A DNA stretch of 64,000 nucleotides, taken from the NCBI GenBank assembly GCA_030648645.1, contig JAUSHL010000018.1, positions 2,225 through 66,224 of the forward strand. Reading direction: 5' to 3'. Shown in pieces: positions 18,707 to 28,383 of this stretch. The notes under the pieces are model-generated. The model was not told the DNA's origin and made no database searches. It saw only the letters and a program-made list of their open reading frames with translations. Positions within the stretch are counted from its first letter, which is position 1; each line of letters opens with the position of its first letter. Made by a program: the position numbers and the translations under genes. The DNA comes from Candidatus Daviesbacteria bacterium. Its GTDB lineage: Bacteria; Patescibacteriota; Microgenomatia; Daviesbacterales; UBA10151.

Positions 18707-19672
18707 ATGCCGGAGTTACCTGAAGTAGAAACAATAAGAAGAGGTTTGGAAAAAAAGATTGTTGGATTGACAATTAAAAATCTACAGGTTTTTTATCCCA
18801 AAGGAGTACAATTTAACCCTGAGCTTGTCGAAGGCAAAAAAGTGGTGGGAGTTTGGAGAAGGGCTAAAATGTTGGGAATAGATCTGTCATTGCGAGGAGA
18901 GAAAACGACGAAGCAATCTAACAGTAAAGATCGCCACGCAGAGTCAACACTGAGATTGCTTCGCTCCGCTCGCAATGACACCGAAGTGATCGCGATGACA
19001 TTGTTATTTCATTTAAAAATGACCGGTCAATTAATTTATGTAGCGAGTAACGAGCAACGAGAAGCGAGATTGATTGGGGGGCATCCTACGCCAGACATGC
19101 GTGGAGACTTACCAAATAAAAGTACTGTGGCAGTTTTTGAATTTTCAAATGGATCCAAATTATATTTTAATGATCAACGTCGTTTTGGATGGATACGATT
19201 AAATTCGAAATTCGAAATTCGAAATTCGAAATTATTGCAGAAGTTAGGACCGGAACCATTTGATCCAAAATTTACCTGGGAAATTTTAAAAGTTAATTTA
19301 TTGAAGCATAAATCAATGCCGATTAAGGTTGCTATTATGGATCAGTCAGTGCTTTCCGGAATAGGCAATATTTATGCCTCAGAATCTTTATTTTTAGCTA
19401 AAATTGATCCCAGAAGAAAAGTAAATTCCTTATCTGATACAGAATTTAAAAAATTATATCAGGGAATTGCCGATTCTTTAAAACTTGCAATAGAAAAAGG
19501 TGGTTCAACCAGAGCTAATTTTGTTAATGTTGATGGGGAACGAGGATATTTTTTAGATTATGCTAATGTTTATGGAAAAGAAGGATATCCCTGTACAGGT
19601 TGTAAAGGAAAAGTAGAAAAAATTACTCAGGCAGGAAGAGGAACATATATGTGTCCCACTTGCCAGAAATGA
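18707..19672 (+). CDS. mutM: formamidopyrimidine-DNA glycosylase
   Basis: N-terminal PELPEVE, C-terminal zinc finger CTGCKGKV...CPTCQ; carries two repeat insertions. Confidence 0.85.
   Translation: MPELPEVETIRRGLEKKIVGLTIKNLQVFYPKGVQFNPELVEGKKVVGVWRRAKMLGIDLSLRGEKTTKQSNSKDRHAESTLRLLRSARNDTEVIAMTLLFHLKMTGQLIYVASNEQREARLIGGHPTPDMRGDLPNKSTVAVFEFSNGSKLYFNDQRRFGWIRLNSKFEIRNSKLLQKLGPEPFDPKFTWEILKVNLLKHKSMPIKVAIMDQSVLSGIGNIYASESLFLAKIDPRRKVNSLSDTEFKKLYQGIADSLKLAIEKGGSTRANFVNVDGERGYFLDYANVYGKEGYPCTGCKGKVEKITQAGRGTYMCPTCQK
18886..18999. repeat. GTCATTGCGAG...CTCGCAATGAC / GATGAC mini-repeat inserted in frame in mutM
   Basis: Encodes LSLRGEKTTKQSNSKDRHAESTLRLLRSARNDTEVIAMT; same family as 22926, 24584, 35604 and 48090. 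Confidence 0.8.
19201..19233. repeat. (AAATTCG)n heptanucleotide tandem repeat inside mutM
   Basis: aaattcgaaattcgaaattcgaaattcgaaatt; encodes NSKFEIRNSKL. Confidence 0.8.
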
Positions 19673-19696
19673 TTATATGATGTATAATAGTGATGT

Positions 19697-19951
19697 ATGC
19701 AAAGAACTCAAATTTATTTACCTGATGATTTAAGAAAAGAGATAGATAAATATCTTGCCTTAAGTGGTGAAAGTTTAGCGCAGTATTTGCGTGAGGCTGC
19801 AGTGGAACGATTAGCAAGAAGAAAAAAACAAAAAGTTGATCTTAAAAAACTTGCAGAAGATTTCACTTCTGGAGTTAGAAAGAGTGGCTGGGAGGATATT
19901 GATGTTATTAAATGGCAAAGAGAAATCCGTAAAGACAGAAAAATAATTTAA
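19697..19951 (+). CDS. ribbon-helix-helix antitoxin (VapB/CopG-like)
   Basis: RTQIYLPDDLRKEIDKYLALSGES... RHH pattern; directly precedes a PIN gene. Confidence 0.55.
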   Translation: MQRTQIYLPDDLRKEIDKYLALSGESLAQYLREAAVERLARRKKQKVDLKKLAEDFTSGVRKSGWEDIDVIKWQREIRKDRKII

Positions 19952-19953
19952 AA

Positions 19954-20328
19954 ATGTATTTAATTGATACTAATGTTTTGATTCTTGCCCTTAAAAGTAT
20001 AGAACCGGACAAGAGCTTCTTAAAGAAAATTATTTCTCAAAAAAAGTTAAATTTATCTGTTATTTCAGTAGGAGAATTCTTCTCACAAGCAACACAAGAG
20101 GCAGAAGATAAGCTGAATAGTCTTATTGCCAAATTTCCTGTTTTAGCTGTGGATTTAGAAGTAGCCAAAGTTGCAGCAGAATATAGAAAAAAATTTTTGA
20201 AACAGAAAAGAGGACAGCTTTTAGATTATTTTCTTGCTGCTCAAGCCAAAATACATGGCTTAATTTTAATTACTAATAATAAAACAGATTTTCCTATGAA
20301 GGATATCAAAGTTATTTCCCCAAAATAG
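19954..20328 (+). CDS. PIN-domain toxin (VapC-like)
   Basis: MYLIDTNVLI and ITNNKTDF motifs. Confidence 0.6.
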   Translation: MYLIDTNVLILALKSIEPDKSFLKKIISQKKLNLSVISVGEFFSQATQEAEDKLNSLIAKFPVLAVDLEVAKVAAEYRKKFLKQKRGQLLDYFLAAQAKIHGLILITNNKTDFPMKDIKVISPK

Positions 20329-20366
20329 TCTGCATCATTTCCTAATTTCTGGTAAAATACCTTCTA

Positions 20367-21782
20367 GTGTCCCTCCTTCGCACAAGGCTTCGGAAGGGCA
20401 AGCAAAATTTTATGGCGGAAAAAATTGGATTTTCTTCAGTAATTGCCAGTTCTGGATTTAGATATCTTTGGTTTAACCAAATTTTAGTTCAGTTAGCTTT
20501 AAATGCTCTAAATTTTACCCTGATTATTTGGGTATTCAAATTGATAGATAATAATTTATCAGTTTCGGCTTTAATGTTAGCAATTTATTTGCCGGCAGTA
20601 ATTTTTGGTATTTTTGCCGGAGTATTTGTTGATATTTTTGACAGACGAAAAATTATTTTATTGATTGATTTTTTGATTGCTATATCTTTTATCTTTTTCA
20701 TTTTTATTAAGGGTTCATTTATTTTAGTTTTAGTTTTAACTTTTATTATCAATACTTTAACTCAATTTTTTATGCCTTCAGAATCTTCGGCTATTCCTTT
20801 GCTTGTATCCAAAAAACAATTATTTTTGGCCAATTCTTTATTTTCTTTAACTTTATACGGAACTTTCATGCTTGGATTTACTTTGGCCGGACCAATTTTA
20901 AATCATTTTGGCATTAATACTATGTTTATCTTAGGGTCTTTGTCTTTACTGGTAGCATTTTTTATGGCCAGAAAATTACCTTCCATCAAAGCCACAACCA
21001 ACAGCAAAAAACTGATATCTTTTAAAGTCCTATTGAATCTGACTATCAAAGAAAGTAGAGAAACACTGGAATTTGTCAGGGGAAAATTGGAAGTTTCTTC
21101 GGCTATTTTACTGATGGCAGGTGTTCAGGCATTAATTGGGGCAATGGCGGTGGTGGTACCAGCTTATATGGAAAGAATTTTGTTAATACATGCCACCGAT
21201 TCATCTTACATTGTGGTTTTACCTTTAGGTGTAGGGATGGTGATTGGAGCTTTAGTTTTGGGGAAATGGTTTCATAAATTTTCCAGAAGAGGTGTAGTGG
21301 TTCCGGCAATTGTTGGAGCAGGGACAGTTTTATTACTGTTGGGAGTAATGCCGATTATTGCCCATTTGCTTCAGGCGGCAGATTTGCCTACTTATATAAC
21401 TAAACCCCGTTATTTCTTCAAAGCTCCCTCACTTTCCACGTTGTTTGCCATACTTGCATTTTTAGCAGGGATTTGTGCAGTATCAATCATTGTGCCCTGT
21501 CAAACAGTACTACAGGAACATACTACATTTAAAAATAGAGGCAAAATTTTTTCAGTTTTGGTAGTGGCAATGACAGCCTGTTCGGCCATCACGGCGGTAT
21601 TGGCCGGAGTTTTGTCTGATATTTTTGGAATTTTACCATTACTTATATCTTTGGGAATTTTGGTTATTGGAATAGGATATTTAGTGATGCGTCCACAAAA
21701 CTTTCTTAAAGAACATTGGCTACCATCTTCCATGAAAGAATTTTTAGGGTTAGGACATTGGAATAAGGCGGATGTTTCTTAA
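20367..21782 (+). CDS. MFS transporter
   Basis: About 12 predicted TM helices; MFS-like loop motifs; start possibly at the internal Met (MAEKIG). Confidence 0.65.
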   Translation: MSLLRTRLRKGKQNFMAEKIGFSSVIASSGFRYLWFNQILVQLALNALNFTLIIWVFKLIDNNLSVSALMLAIYLPAVIFGIFAGVFVDIFDRRKIILLIDFLIAISFIFFIFIKGSFILVLVLTFIINTLTQFFMPSESSAIPLLVSKKQLFLANSLFSLTLYGTFMLGFTLAGPILNHFGINTMFILGSLSLLVAFFMARKLPSIKATTNSKKLISFKVLLNLTIKESRETLEFVRGKLEVSSAILLMAGVQALIGAMAVVVPAYMERILLIHATDSSYIVVLPLGVGMVIGALVLGKWFHKFSRRGVVVPAIVGAGTVLLLLGVMPIIAHLLQAADLPTYITKPRYFFKAPSLSTLFAILAFLAGICAVSIIVPCQTVLQEHTTFKNRGKIFSVLVVAMTACSAITAVLAGVLSDIFGILPLLISLGILVIGIGYLVMRPQNFLKEHWLPSSMKEFLGLGHWNKADVS

Positions 21783-22935
21783 AAATCTTAAACTCACTAA
21801 TTTCAGGAATTTTTCTAAAGTAGATTTAGATTTTGGTAATGCTACACTTTTAGTGGGGAATAATGCCCAAGGAAAAACTAATCTTTTGGAATCAATTTAT
21901 TTTTTGGCAACCTCCAAATCTCCCAGAGCTGATAAAGATGTTCAATTAATTAAAGATGGGGAGGAATTTGTGAGAGTGGAAGGGGAAGTGGGAAACCAGT
22001 CGTCAGTCCGGCAGTTGCCGGATCGTCAGTCGTCAGAAAGTTCTTCGAATCTGAGATTCTCAGAATCGAATGATCTGATAGCTGAAGACTCTGTACTGAT
22101 GACTTCTCTGGAAATTTTTATGCAAAAAACTGCAGGATCTGAAAGATTGGAAAAAAGAACTAAGGTCAATGGAATTGGTAGAAGATCCACAGATTATATT
22201 GGCAATTTAGTGGTAATTCATTTTTCTCCGGAAGATATTAATTTGGTAACCGGTGCTCCGGCACTACGGCGTTGGCATTTGGATTTAACTTTGGCTCAAA
22301 TTGACAGGGATTATAAAAATGCTTTAAATACTTATCACACTTCTTTAATTTCCAAAAATAAAATCTTGAAAGGAATTAAAGAGGGGGTGGCCCGTGTTGA
22401 CGAGCTGGAGTTCTGGAATGGACAAATGGTTTTCTCCGGTAATTTAATTACCCAAAAAAGACAGGCATTTTTTAGTTTTCTCAATAGTAATGGAAGTGAG
22501 GGAAGCTTAGGAAATTTCCGGTTTATTTATGAGGAAAGTTTAATTTCGGAGAGTAGAATAAGGGAATATTTAGCCAGAGAAATAGCAGCAGGTAATTCTT
22601 TGGTTGGGCCTCACCGGGATGATTTTGTTTTTAAAATAGATAGTAAGGATTTGGAATATTTTGGTTCTCGCGGGGAACAAAGAACTGCAGTATTGGAATT
22701 AAAACTAGCAGAATTGCAGTTTATAAAACAATTTAAAAATGTTTTGCCAATACTACTTTTGGATGATGTTTTTTCAGAACTTGATACTGCCCACAGACAG
22801 CATGTGATTTCTGCAGTAGATGGTCAGCAAACAATAATTTCAGCAGTAGAAAATGAACAAATCCCAGAAAGTTTCCTAAAAAAAGTACAGGTGATTAACG
22901 TAGAAAAAGGAAAGTTAATCTCTGCGTCATCCTGA
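21772..22935 (+). CDS. recF: DNA replication and repair protein RecF
   Basis: Walker A GNNAQGKTN, LLLDDVFSELD; contains a CAGTCGTCAG-type in-frame insertion. Confidence 0.8.
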   Translation: MFLKNLKLTNFRNFSKVDLDFGNATLLVGNNAQGKTNLLESIYFLATSKSPRADKDVQLIKDGEEFVRVEGEVGNQSSVRQLPDRQSSESSSNLRFSESNDLIAEDSVLMTSLEIFMQKTAGSERLEKRTKVNGIGRRSTDYIGNLVVIHFSPEDINLVTGAPALRRWHLDLTLAQIDRDYKNALNTYHTSLISKNKILKGIKEGVARVDELEFWNGQMVFSGNLITQKRQAFFSFLNSNGSEGSLGNFRFIYEESLISESRIREYLAREIAAGNSLVGPHRDDFVFKIDSKDLEYFGSRGEQRTAVLELKLAELQFIKQFKNVLPILLLDDVFSELDTAHRQHVISAVDGQQTIISAVENEQIPESFLKKVQVINVEKGKLISASS

Positions 22936-23055
22936 ACTTTTTCTGTCATTGCGAGGAGTCTCCGACGAAGCAATCTAGGTTGGGTAATTATGAATTAGAT
23001 TGCCACAGGTCGAAGTCTCGACCTTCGCAATGACAAAAGAGATGCTCAGAATGAC
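22926..23055. repeat. cluster of GTCATCC / GTCATTGCGAG...AATGAC mini-repeats
   Basis: Overlaps the recF stop; three nested hairpin units. Confidence 0.75.
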
Positions 23056-23086
23056 AATTAGGGAAGGGATTTACTTGTAGTGAGCG

Positions 23087-23680
23087 TTAGTTGAACCTAA
23101 AGGTGGAAAGAATTTGATCAATCATTTTTAATTTTGCAGATGAAGTAGCACTAATTTGCAATTTTCCATCATCAAGACCTATCCAATAAGCTGTTTGCGA
23201 TTGGTTTTTGTTATTATTCTGTTGATCGACAAAATTTATTTTGGCTCCCGGTCGCTCACCAATCTTTAAATCTGAAATTTTTTGAATGTAAAGAAATTGG
23301 GATAATTTTTGTTGCGTACCTACCGGTGCCGTCACTTGCATATCTATTTGATTTGCTGGGATATATGAGATATCGATCAGATCATATTGTAAACTTGGTG
23401 AATCCATCCCGTTCTTGATATCTAACTTTTGGTCACTTAAATAGACTTCACTATCTCCAAGTGTCTGAATATACCAATTTGTTGGGTAATCAAATTGGTA
23501 GTTATATTTTTCATTGGTATATGTTTTCCAGTCAGTAGATTCCTCAGCACTAATTGGTGTAGGTTGAACAACTAATTGAGATACAGGTTTGGTTTGTTTT
23601 TGGTATAACAAATACCCACCAACTGCTATCACAGCTACCAAAACAATTACCAATAACGGTGCCAAGCCTTTTTGTTTCAT
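23087..23680 (-). CDS. secreted or membrane-anchored hypothetical protein (paralog of 24716-25360)
   Basis: N-terminal signal-anchor; shared YTNEKYNYQFDYP and C-terminal ILSTFRFN with the paralog. Confidence 0.5.
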   Translation of the reverse strand: MKQKGLAPLLVIVLVAVIAVGGYLLYQKQTKPVSQLVVQPTPISAEESTDWKTYTNEKYNYQFDYPTNWYIQTLGDSEVYLSDQKLDIKNGMDSPSLQYDLIDISYIPANQIDMQVTAPVGTQQKLSQFLYIQKISDLKIGERPGAKINFVDQQNNNKNQSQTAYWIGLDDGKLQISATSSAKLKMIDQILSTFRFN

Positions 23681-23707
23681 TAAAATAATTATCTCACAAA
23701 GAAAATA

Positions 23708-24535
23708 TTATTTCAATTTCTTTATTGATAAATTTCCAATAAGCGATTGCATTTGTGTAATAGCTATCTGGTTTAATTGCACTAAGCGTTCGCTTTGGGA
23801 TATTCCACGGCGGATAAGTTCAGCATTTATCCCTTCTAAATTTGCCAGTACCACCAACTGAGTTACGTCTGCATAGTCGCGGATATTGCCGTCTGAATTA
23901 GGATTTTTATCTCTCCAGTCTTTGGCAGTCTTACCAAACAGAGCCATATTTAAAACATCTGCTTCAGCAGCATATGTCATTTGAGCTAATTTTTGGGAAA
24001 CGATTTTTGGAAGTAAATTTGCTTTAATTGAGTCCGTATGAATGTGGTAGTTAATTCTAGTTAATTGTCGTTTAACATCCCATCCTAGCTCAAGTTTTTT
24101 GTTTTCTTCTTGCTTTAACCTTTGAAATTCTTTAATCAAATAAAGCTTAAATTCCGGAGACAACCATGTTGCAAATTCGAAGGCGATATCCCTGTGGGCG
24201 AAAGTCCCGCCGTATCTGCCAGCAGATGACCGTATACCAATCGCATTTGTTTTTTGGGTCCATTTTGAAGAAGATAGGATAAATCCGTTAGACCCTGCTT
24301 CGTTTCTAATGTTATTGAATTCCATAACATTAAAACTTGTATTATGCACTTGCTCCCAGGCTCCCATGAACTGAATCGTATACTTCGTAGATAACCAATT
24401 CGCAATTACTATGCCAGTCGTTTCACGATCCTTGAATTTCGCCATATCTGTCAAGGAGATAAAATCATCATTCCCTTTATGTAGAATAATACCTATATTG
24501 CTGCCAAGGACAATAATCTTTTTGTTTTTCGCCAT
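23708..24535 (-). CDS. KilA-N domain protein
   Basis: N-terminal segment ...DDFISLTDMAKF.....GIVIANWL...QFMGAWEQ matches the KilA-N (APSES-like) DNA-binding domain. Confidence 0.55.
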   Translation of the reverse strand: MAKNKKIIVLGSNIGIILHKGNDDFISLTDMAKFKDRETTGIVIANWLSTKYTIQFMGAWEQVHNTSFNVMEFNNIRNEAGSNGFILSSSKWTQKTNAIGIRSSAGRYGGTFAHRDIAFEFATWLSPEFKLYLIKEFQRLKQEENKKLELGWDVKRQLTRINYHIHTDSIKANLLPKIVSQKLAQMTYAAEADVLNMALFGKTAKDWRDKNPNSDGNIRDYADVTQLVVLANLEGINAELIRRGISQSERLVQLNQIAITQMQSLIGNLSIKKLK

Positions 24536-24583
24536 ACATTAAACATATACCCAATAATACCCGAAGTCAATATGTTATTTTTT

Positions 24584-24713
24584 GTCAATGCGAGCGTAGC
24601 AAGAAGTTACCTTAAAAACTATCATGTCATCCTGAGGACTCGCCGCGGCGAGGACGTGAGGATCTTCCGATCTCGAAAGATTGCCACGGTCGCCTAGGCG
24701 ACCTCGCAATGAC
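24584..24713. repeat. cluster of GTCAATGCGAGCGTAGC / GTCATCCTGAGG / GATTGCCACGGTCGCC...CTCGCAATGAC mini-repeats
   Basis: Related copies at 25390-25426, 22926-23055 and 48090-48172. Confidence 0.75.
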
Positions 24714-24715
24714 GA

Positions 24716-25360
24716 TTAGGGGGTAAATTTAAAGGTGGAAAGAATTTGAATTAGTAAGCCTACGCACCGTCCAGTCCCTTTTGGATCTTCACAAGCTAGA
24801 TGGATAGATTCTTGCGGAGGACTACCAATAAAGATATTTATATCTGCCGAAGATCCAGTTTTATACGAATTAATATTAGAACCTGTAGGGAGTTTGAAGG
24901 AAGAAATATCAAAAGAACTCTCTGAATTTCCCTTCATTTCAGCATCAAGTTCCGTTTGTGACTTTGAAGTAATTACTCCAATTGCTAATCCTATACCTTC
25001 AGTTATTTTTCCATCAGGATCTACTTTAATATCAGGACTGAATAAAGCTAAACTATCTTCGTTATACCTTCTGTATTGATTAACCTGTAACTCATTTACT
25101 ATTTTAAAATCCTGAGGATACTTATAAGAAAAACCGTATTTATTTGAGGTATATGTTTTCCAGTTGGCGGTTTCGGCGGCGGAAGCAGAAGCTATTGGGC
25201 TTATAATTGGAGCAGAAGTGGGTTGAACAATTGGTTGAGAGATAACAACTGGTTTGGGTTGATTCTGATAAATTAAATATCCACCAACTGCCAAAGCTAT
25301 TAGGATAACAATTAAAATTGGAGCAAAACCCGCTTGGCGGACGGGTAAACCTTTTTGCAT
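24716..25360 (-). CDS. secreted or membrane-anchored hypothetical protein (paralog of 23087-23680)
   Basis: Signal-anchor, conserved WKTYT..KY motif, C-terminal ILSTFKF. Confidence 0.5.
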   Translation of the reverse strand: MQKGLPVRQAGFAPILIVILIALAVGGYLIYQNQPKPVVISQPIVQPTSAPIISPIASASAAETANWKTYTSNKYGFSYKYPQDFKIVNELQVNQYRRYNEDSLALFSPDIKVDPDGKITEGIGLAIGVITSKSQTELDAEMKGNSESSFDISSFKLPTGSNINSYKTGSSADINIFIGSPPQESIHLACEDPKGTGRCVGLLIQILSTFKFTP

Positions 25361-25389
25361 AAGTTAATTGTATCATAATTTATCTGGAA

Positions 25390-25426
25390 GATTGCCACGG
25401 TCGCTTAAGGCGACCTCGCAATGACA
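25390..25426. repeat. GATTGCCACGGTCGCTTAAGGCGACCTCGCAATGAC mini-repeat
   Basis: Near-identical to the unit at 24684-24713. Confidence 0.75.
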
Positions 25427-25502
25427 TTTCATTTTTTACCAGTAAAATGGCTGTGGAGTTTGGAAAGTTGATAAGTAATTAAAACTGCAAAAAGGGTAAT
25501 TA

Positions 25503-25712
25503 TTAAAGCATAAATAAATTTGAAATAATTCCGGAGCCGGGGATTCGGGGGACAATAAATTCAGTCACAAAAGCCTGAATTGCCTGATTCCAAGCCAGAG
25601 CTGCTACCAGTCCAAATCCAGCTGTTGATAAAGTCAGAAGCTGGATAATTACTTCTTCGTGAAATTCTCTTGCTTCCTTTGTTTCCTTCTTTTTCTTAGC
25701 CATTAAATACAT
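25503..25712 (-). CDS. small membrane protein (hypothetical)
   Basis: 69 aa, one or two hydrophobic helices. Confidence 0.35.
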   Translation of the reverse strand: MYLMAKKKKETKEAREFHEEVIIQLLTLSTAGFGLVAALAWNQAIQAFVTEFIVPRIPGSGIISNLFML

Positions 25713-25741
25713 TGTAGAAGTTTATGGTTATGGATTTCAAG

Positions 25742-25780
25742 TAGTGCCGAGATTGTTTGCTATTGCAAGATTTCTCGGCA
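25742..25780. promoter_or_regulatory. type B spaced inverted repeat (AGTGCCGAGATTGTTTGCTATTGCAAGATTTCTCGGCAT) overlapping the promoter of paralog B
   Basis: Outer IR TGCCGAGA/TCTCGGCA, inner TTGC..GCAA; followed by a TATAAAT -10-like box and the ATG at 25798. Confidence 0.5.
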
Positions 25781-25797
25781 TATTATAAATTTAAATT

Positions 25798-26379
25798 ATG
25801 ATTAGATTTGAGGTAGAGACTGAGACAATTAAAATTAGTCCGCGAGTAAGGGACATTCTTTTAGTTTTGGGAGTGATGGGTTTTGTATCTTTGGCAGTAT
25901 TAATGCCAGGACTTCCCAGAGTTTTAACACCTTTAATGAAAAAACAATACCGCAAATGGGGGCATTTTAATCAGCGAAGATTGAGATCAGAATTAAAAAG
26001 AATGCAGACGGTTGGCTTAGTAAAAGAAATTAAAGAAAATGGAGAAGTTGCATATCGGTTAACTGAAAAAGGCAAAAATAAATCTTTTAAATATAAATTG
26101 GAAGAAATTGATTTAAGTAAAAACAAATGGGATGGGAAGTGGAGGATAGTAGCTTATGATATTCCTAAGGATAAGAAAAATCAGGCAGAAGCTTTTAGGA
26201 ATCTATTAAAAAAGATGAGTTTTTATCAGTTACAAAAAAGTGTTTGGTTGACTCCTTATCAATGTAATAATGAAATTGAGTTTTTAAAAAATCTTTATTC
26301 TTTAACTGATAATGTCACTGTGCTTACAACTCAAGGTTTAGAAAGCGAGCAGGCTTACAGGAATTATTTTGGATTGTAA
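25798..26379 (+). CDS. membrane-anchored wHTH plus Cas2/PaaX-C-like domain protein (paralog B)
   Basis: KWDGKWRIVAYDIPKD...LQKSVWLTPYQC...YRNYFGL; aligns along its whole length with paralog A. Confidence 0.6.
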   Translation: MIRFEVETETIKISPRVRDILLVLGVMGFVSLAVLMPGLPRVLTPLMKKQYRKWGHFNQRRLRSELKRMQTVGLVKEIKENGEVAYRLTEKGKNKSFKYKLEEIDLSKNKWDGKWRIVAYDIPKDKKNQAEAFRNLLKKMSFYQLQKSVWLTPYQCNNEIEFLKNLYSLTDNVTVLTTQGLESEQAYRNYFGL

Positions 26380-26469
26380 TAATAGGTTAAGTGAAAGTAG
26401 ATTGTATAAGATTATATTAAGTAGATTATATAATCAGTTACGTAACTAATTACGTAATTGAGAGTAAGC

Positions 26470-26537
26470 AGTAGTGCCGAGATTTTTTGCATTAGACCGA
26501 AGGTCGCAAGCTTTGCTTATTGCAAGAAAACTCGGCG
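26470..26537. repeat. second type B element, interrupted by a nested mini-repeat insertion
   Basis: AGTAGTGCCGAGATTTTTTGCAT[tagaccgaaggtcgcaagctttgcttat]TGCAAGAAAACTCGGCG; the insert matches the 3133-3160 repeat. Confidence 0.6.
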
Positions 26538-26577
26538 GTTGACAATCGAAGAATGCTGATCATAAGATGATGGTACG

Positions 26578-27180
26578 ATGTTAGATCCTGAAGAGATATC
26601 ACAAATAATAGAAGAAGGTAAAGGAAGAGGGGCTACTGGTCTTTTTCTTATAAGCAGAGAAATAGCTAAAAAAACAATTGATCTTGCGCTCTCAGAAATT
26701 TCTCAAAATGCTCGTAAAGTCATATTTGAAACAGAAAAGAGATTGCGAACAGAAAATGCAGAATTGTATAGAATGTTGATGACTATAATGGGAGTATTTC
26801 ATGATATGAATAAGAAGGATTTTATTGAAGGATTTGTTTACACGTATAGAATATTACAAGAACAAGCGCAAATGAGTGGTCAGCAAATGCCGAAAGTATC
26901 GAAAGAATTAGCTTATTCTTATTTAATCAGCCAACAGGAAGCTCTTAATAGTGATGAAGACAAAGCTCCTCAGGGTAGTTTTGAGGAATCATTAAAAGAA
27001 CAATTAAGAACAATTTATTCTCAAGATCGGGAGTTTGAAAGAGGAATATATTTGATTACTAAATATAGATCTAATAGAAAGGATTTTTATCATGGAGTTG
27101 TAAGTATTTATAAGCCAATTAAAAGCGTTATTGATACGGAAAATCTAAGACTAAAATTAAATAATCCTGATTTTAAGTAA
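26578..27180 (+). CDS. hypothetical protein
   Basis: 200 aa ORF. Confidence 0.45.
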   Translation: MLDPEEISQIIEEGKGRGATGLFLISREIAKKTIDLALSEISQNARKVIFETEKRLRTENAELYRMLMTIMGVFHDMNKKDFIEGFVYTYRILQEQAQMSGQQMPKVSKELAYSYLISQQEALNSDEDKAPQGSFEESLKEQLRTIYSQDREFERGIYLITKYRSNRKDFYHGVVSIYKPIKSVIDTENLRLKLNNPDFK

Positions 27181-27235
27181 CTCCATTTTTAGAACTTTCT
27201 ATTTTGCGGGAAATATGCGACAATAATACGAGTGT

Positions 27236-27300
27236 AATTTTAAATTTTTAATTTTAAATTTTTAAATTGATTTAAAATTTGGATTTTAAAATTTGAATTT
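27236..27300. repeat. phased A/T-tract repeat (AATTTTAAATTTTTAATTTTAAATTTTTAAAT...)
   Basis: Near-identical ~30-nt core at 50357-50400; related block at 53470-53512. Confidence 0.7.
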
Positions 27301-27306
27301 ATTTCT

Positions 27307-28383
27307 ATGTTCCTACCAAAATATACCATTACCAATAAAATCCTCAAAAATATTGGTGTTGTTGATGCCTCGAGAGAAGTGATCATAAATTCTCCCTTAA
27401 TTCCTGCCTGGGAGGCAAAATTCAGAAAAGAAGCTATAGAGAGAACAATTCATCATGGAACTCATATAGAAGGAAATCAGTTATCTTTTGAACAAGCCCA
27501 GGAAGTTTTAGATGGTCAGGATGTGATAGCTCGTGATCGAGATATTCAAGAGATTATAAATTATCGCAATGTTTTAAAATTTATTGATAATATTTCCAAT
27601 CAAATTGGATCTGGAGGTAATTATATTTTAACAATGGAAACAATTTTGGAAATTCATACATTAACCATCGAAAAATTGATAAATCCTGAATTTGCCGGGA
27701 AATTCAGATTGAAGCAAGTGGTGGTAAAAAATTCTTTAACAGGCATGGTTTCTTATACACCACCTCCTGCAGCTGAAGTGCCATATTTAATGGAAGATTT
27801 ATTAAATTGGATTAACTGCGATGATTCAGATGATGTTCATCCTATTTTAAAGGCTGGAATTATCCATTATGAGCTGGCCAGAATCCATCCTTTTGTAGAA
27901 GGAAATGGCAGGACTGCCAGAGCTACTGCAACTTTAGTATTATTTTTAGATAGTTATGATATTAGAAAATTTTTTTCTCTGGAGGAATATTTTGATAATA
28001 ACCCAATGGATTATTATTTAACACTGCAGGCGGTTTCCAACCAATTGGTTTTGGATTCCCATGAAAGGGATTTAACACCCTGGCTTGAATATTTTGTAGA
28101 AGGAGTGGCAATAGAATTAAATAAAATTAAGGAAAGGGTTCGTAGAATCTCCTTAGATTCAAGAGTAAAGGATAAATTAGGGGAGCAGGTAGAGTTAAAT
28201 GAAAGACAGATGATTATTATGGAATATTTACACAGACATAAACAAATGCAAAATCGGGATTTTAGAAAAATATTTCCGGATTATTCTGATGATACAGTCC
28301 TTCGAGAAATAAAATTCTTAAAACAAAAAGATTTAGTCAAAAAGACCGGTGGAACTAAAAATGCAGTATACGTTTTAAAGTAA
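27307..28383 (+). CDS. Fic family protein (AMPylator-type) with C-terminal wHTH
   Basis: HPFVEGNGRTARA Fic motif. Confidence 0.8.
   Translation: MFLPKYTITNKILKNIGVVDASREVIINSPLIPAWEAKFRKEAIERTIHHGTHIEGNQLSFEQAQEVLDGQDVIARDRDIQEIINYRNVLKFIDNISNQIGSGGNYILTMETILEIHTLTIEKLINPEFAGKFRLKQVVVKNSLTGMVSYTPPPAAEVPYLMEDLLNWINCDDSDDVHPILKAGIIHYELARIHPFVEGNGRTARATATLVLFLDSYDIRKFFSLEEYFDNNPMDYYLTLQAVSNQLVLDSHERDLTPWLEYFVEGVAIELNKIKERVRRISLDSRVKDKLGEQVELNERQMIIMEYLHRHKQMQNRDFRKIFPDYSDDTVLREIKFLKQKDLVKKTGGTKNAVYVLK

Noticed and set aside
10088-19233. CRISPR array suggested by short tandem repeats
   Set aside because: Units are 7 nt with no spacers. They are embedded in coding sequences and no cas genes are present.
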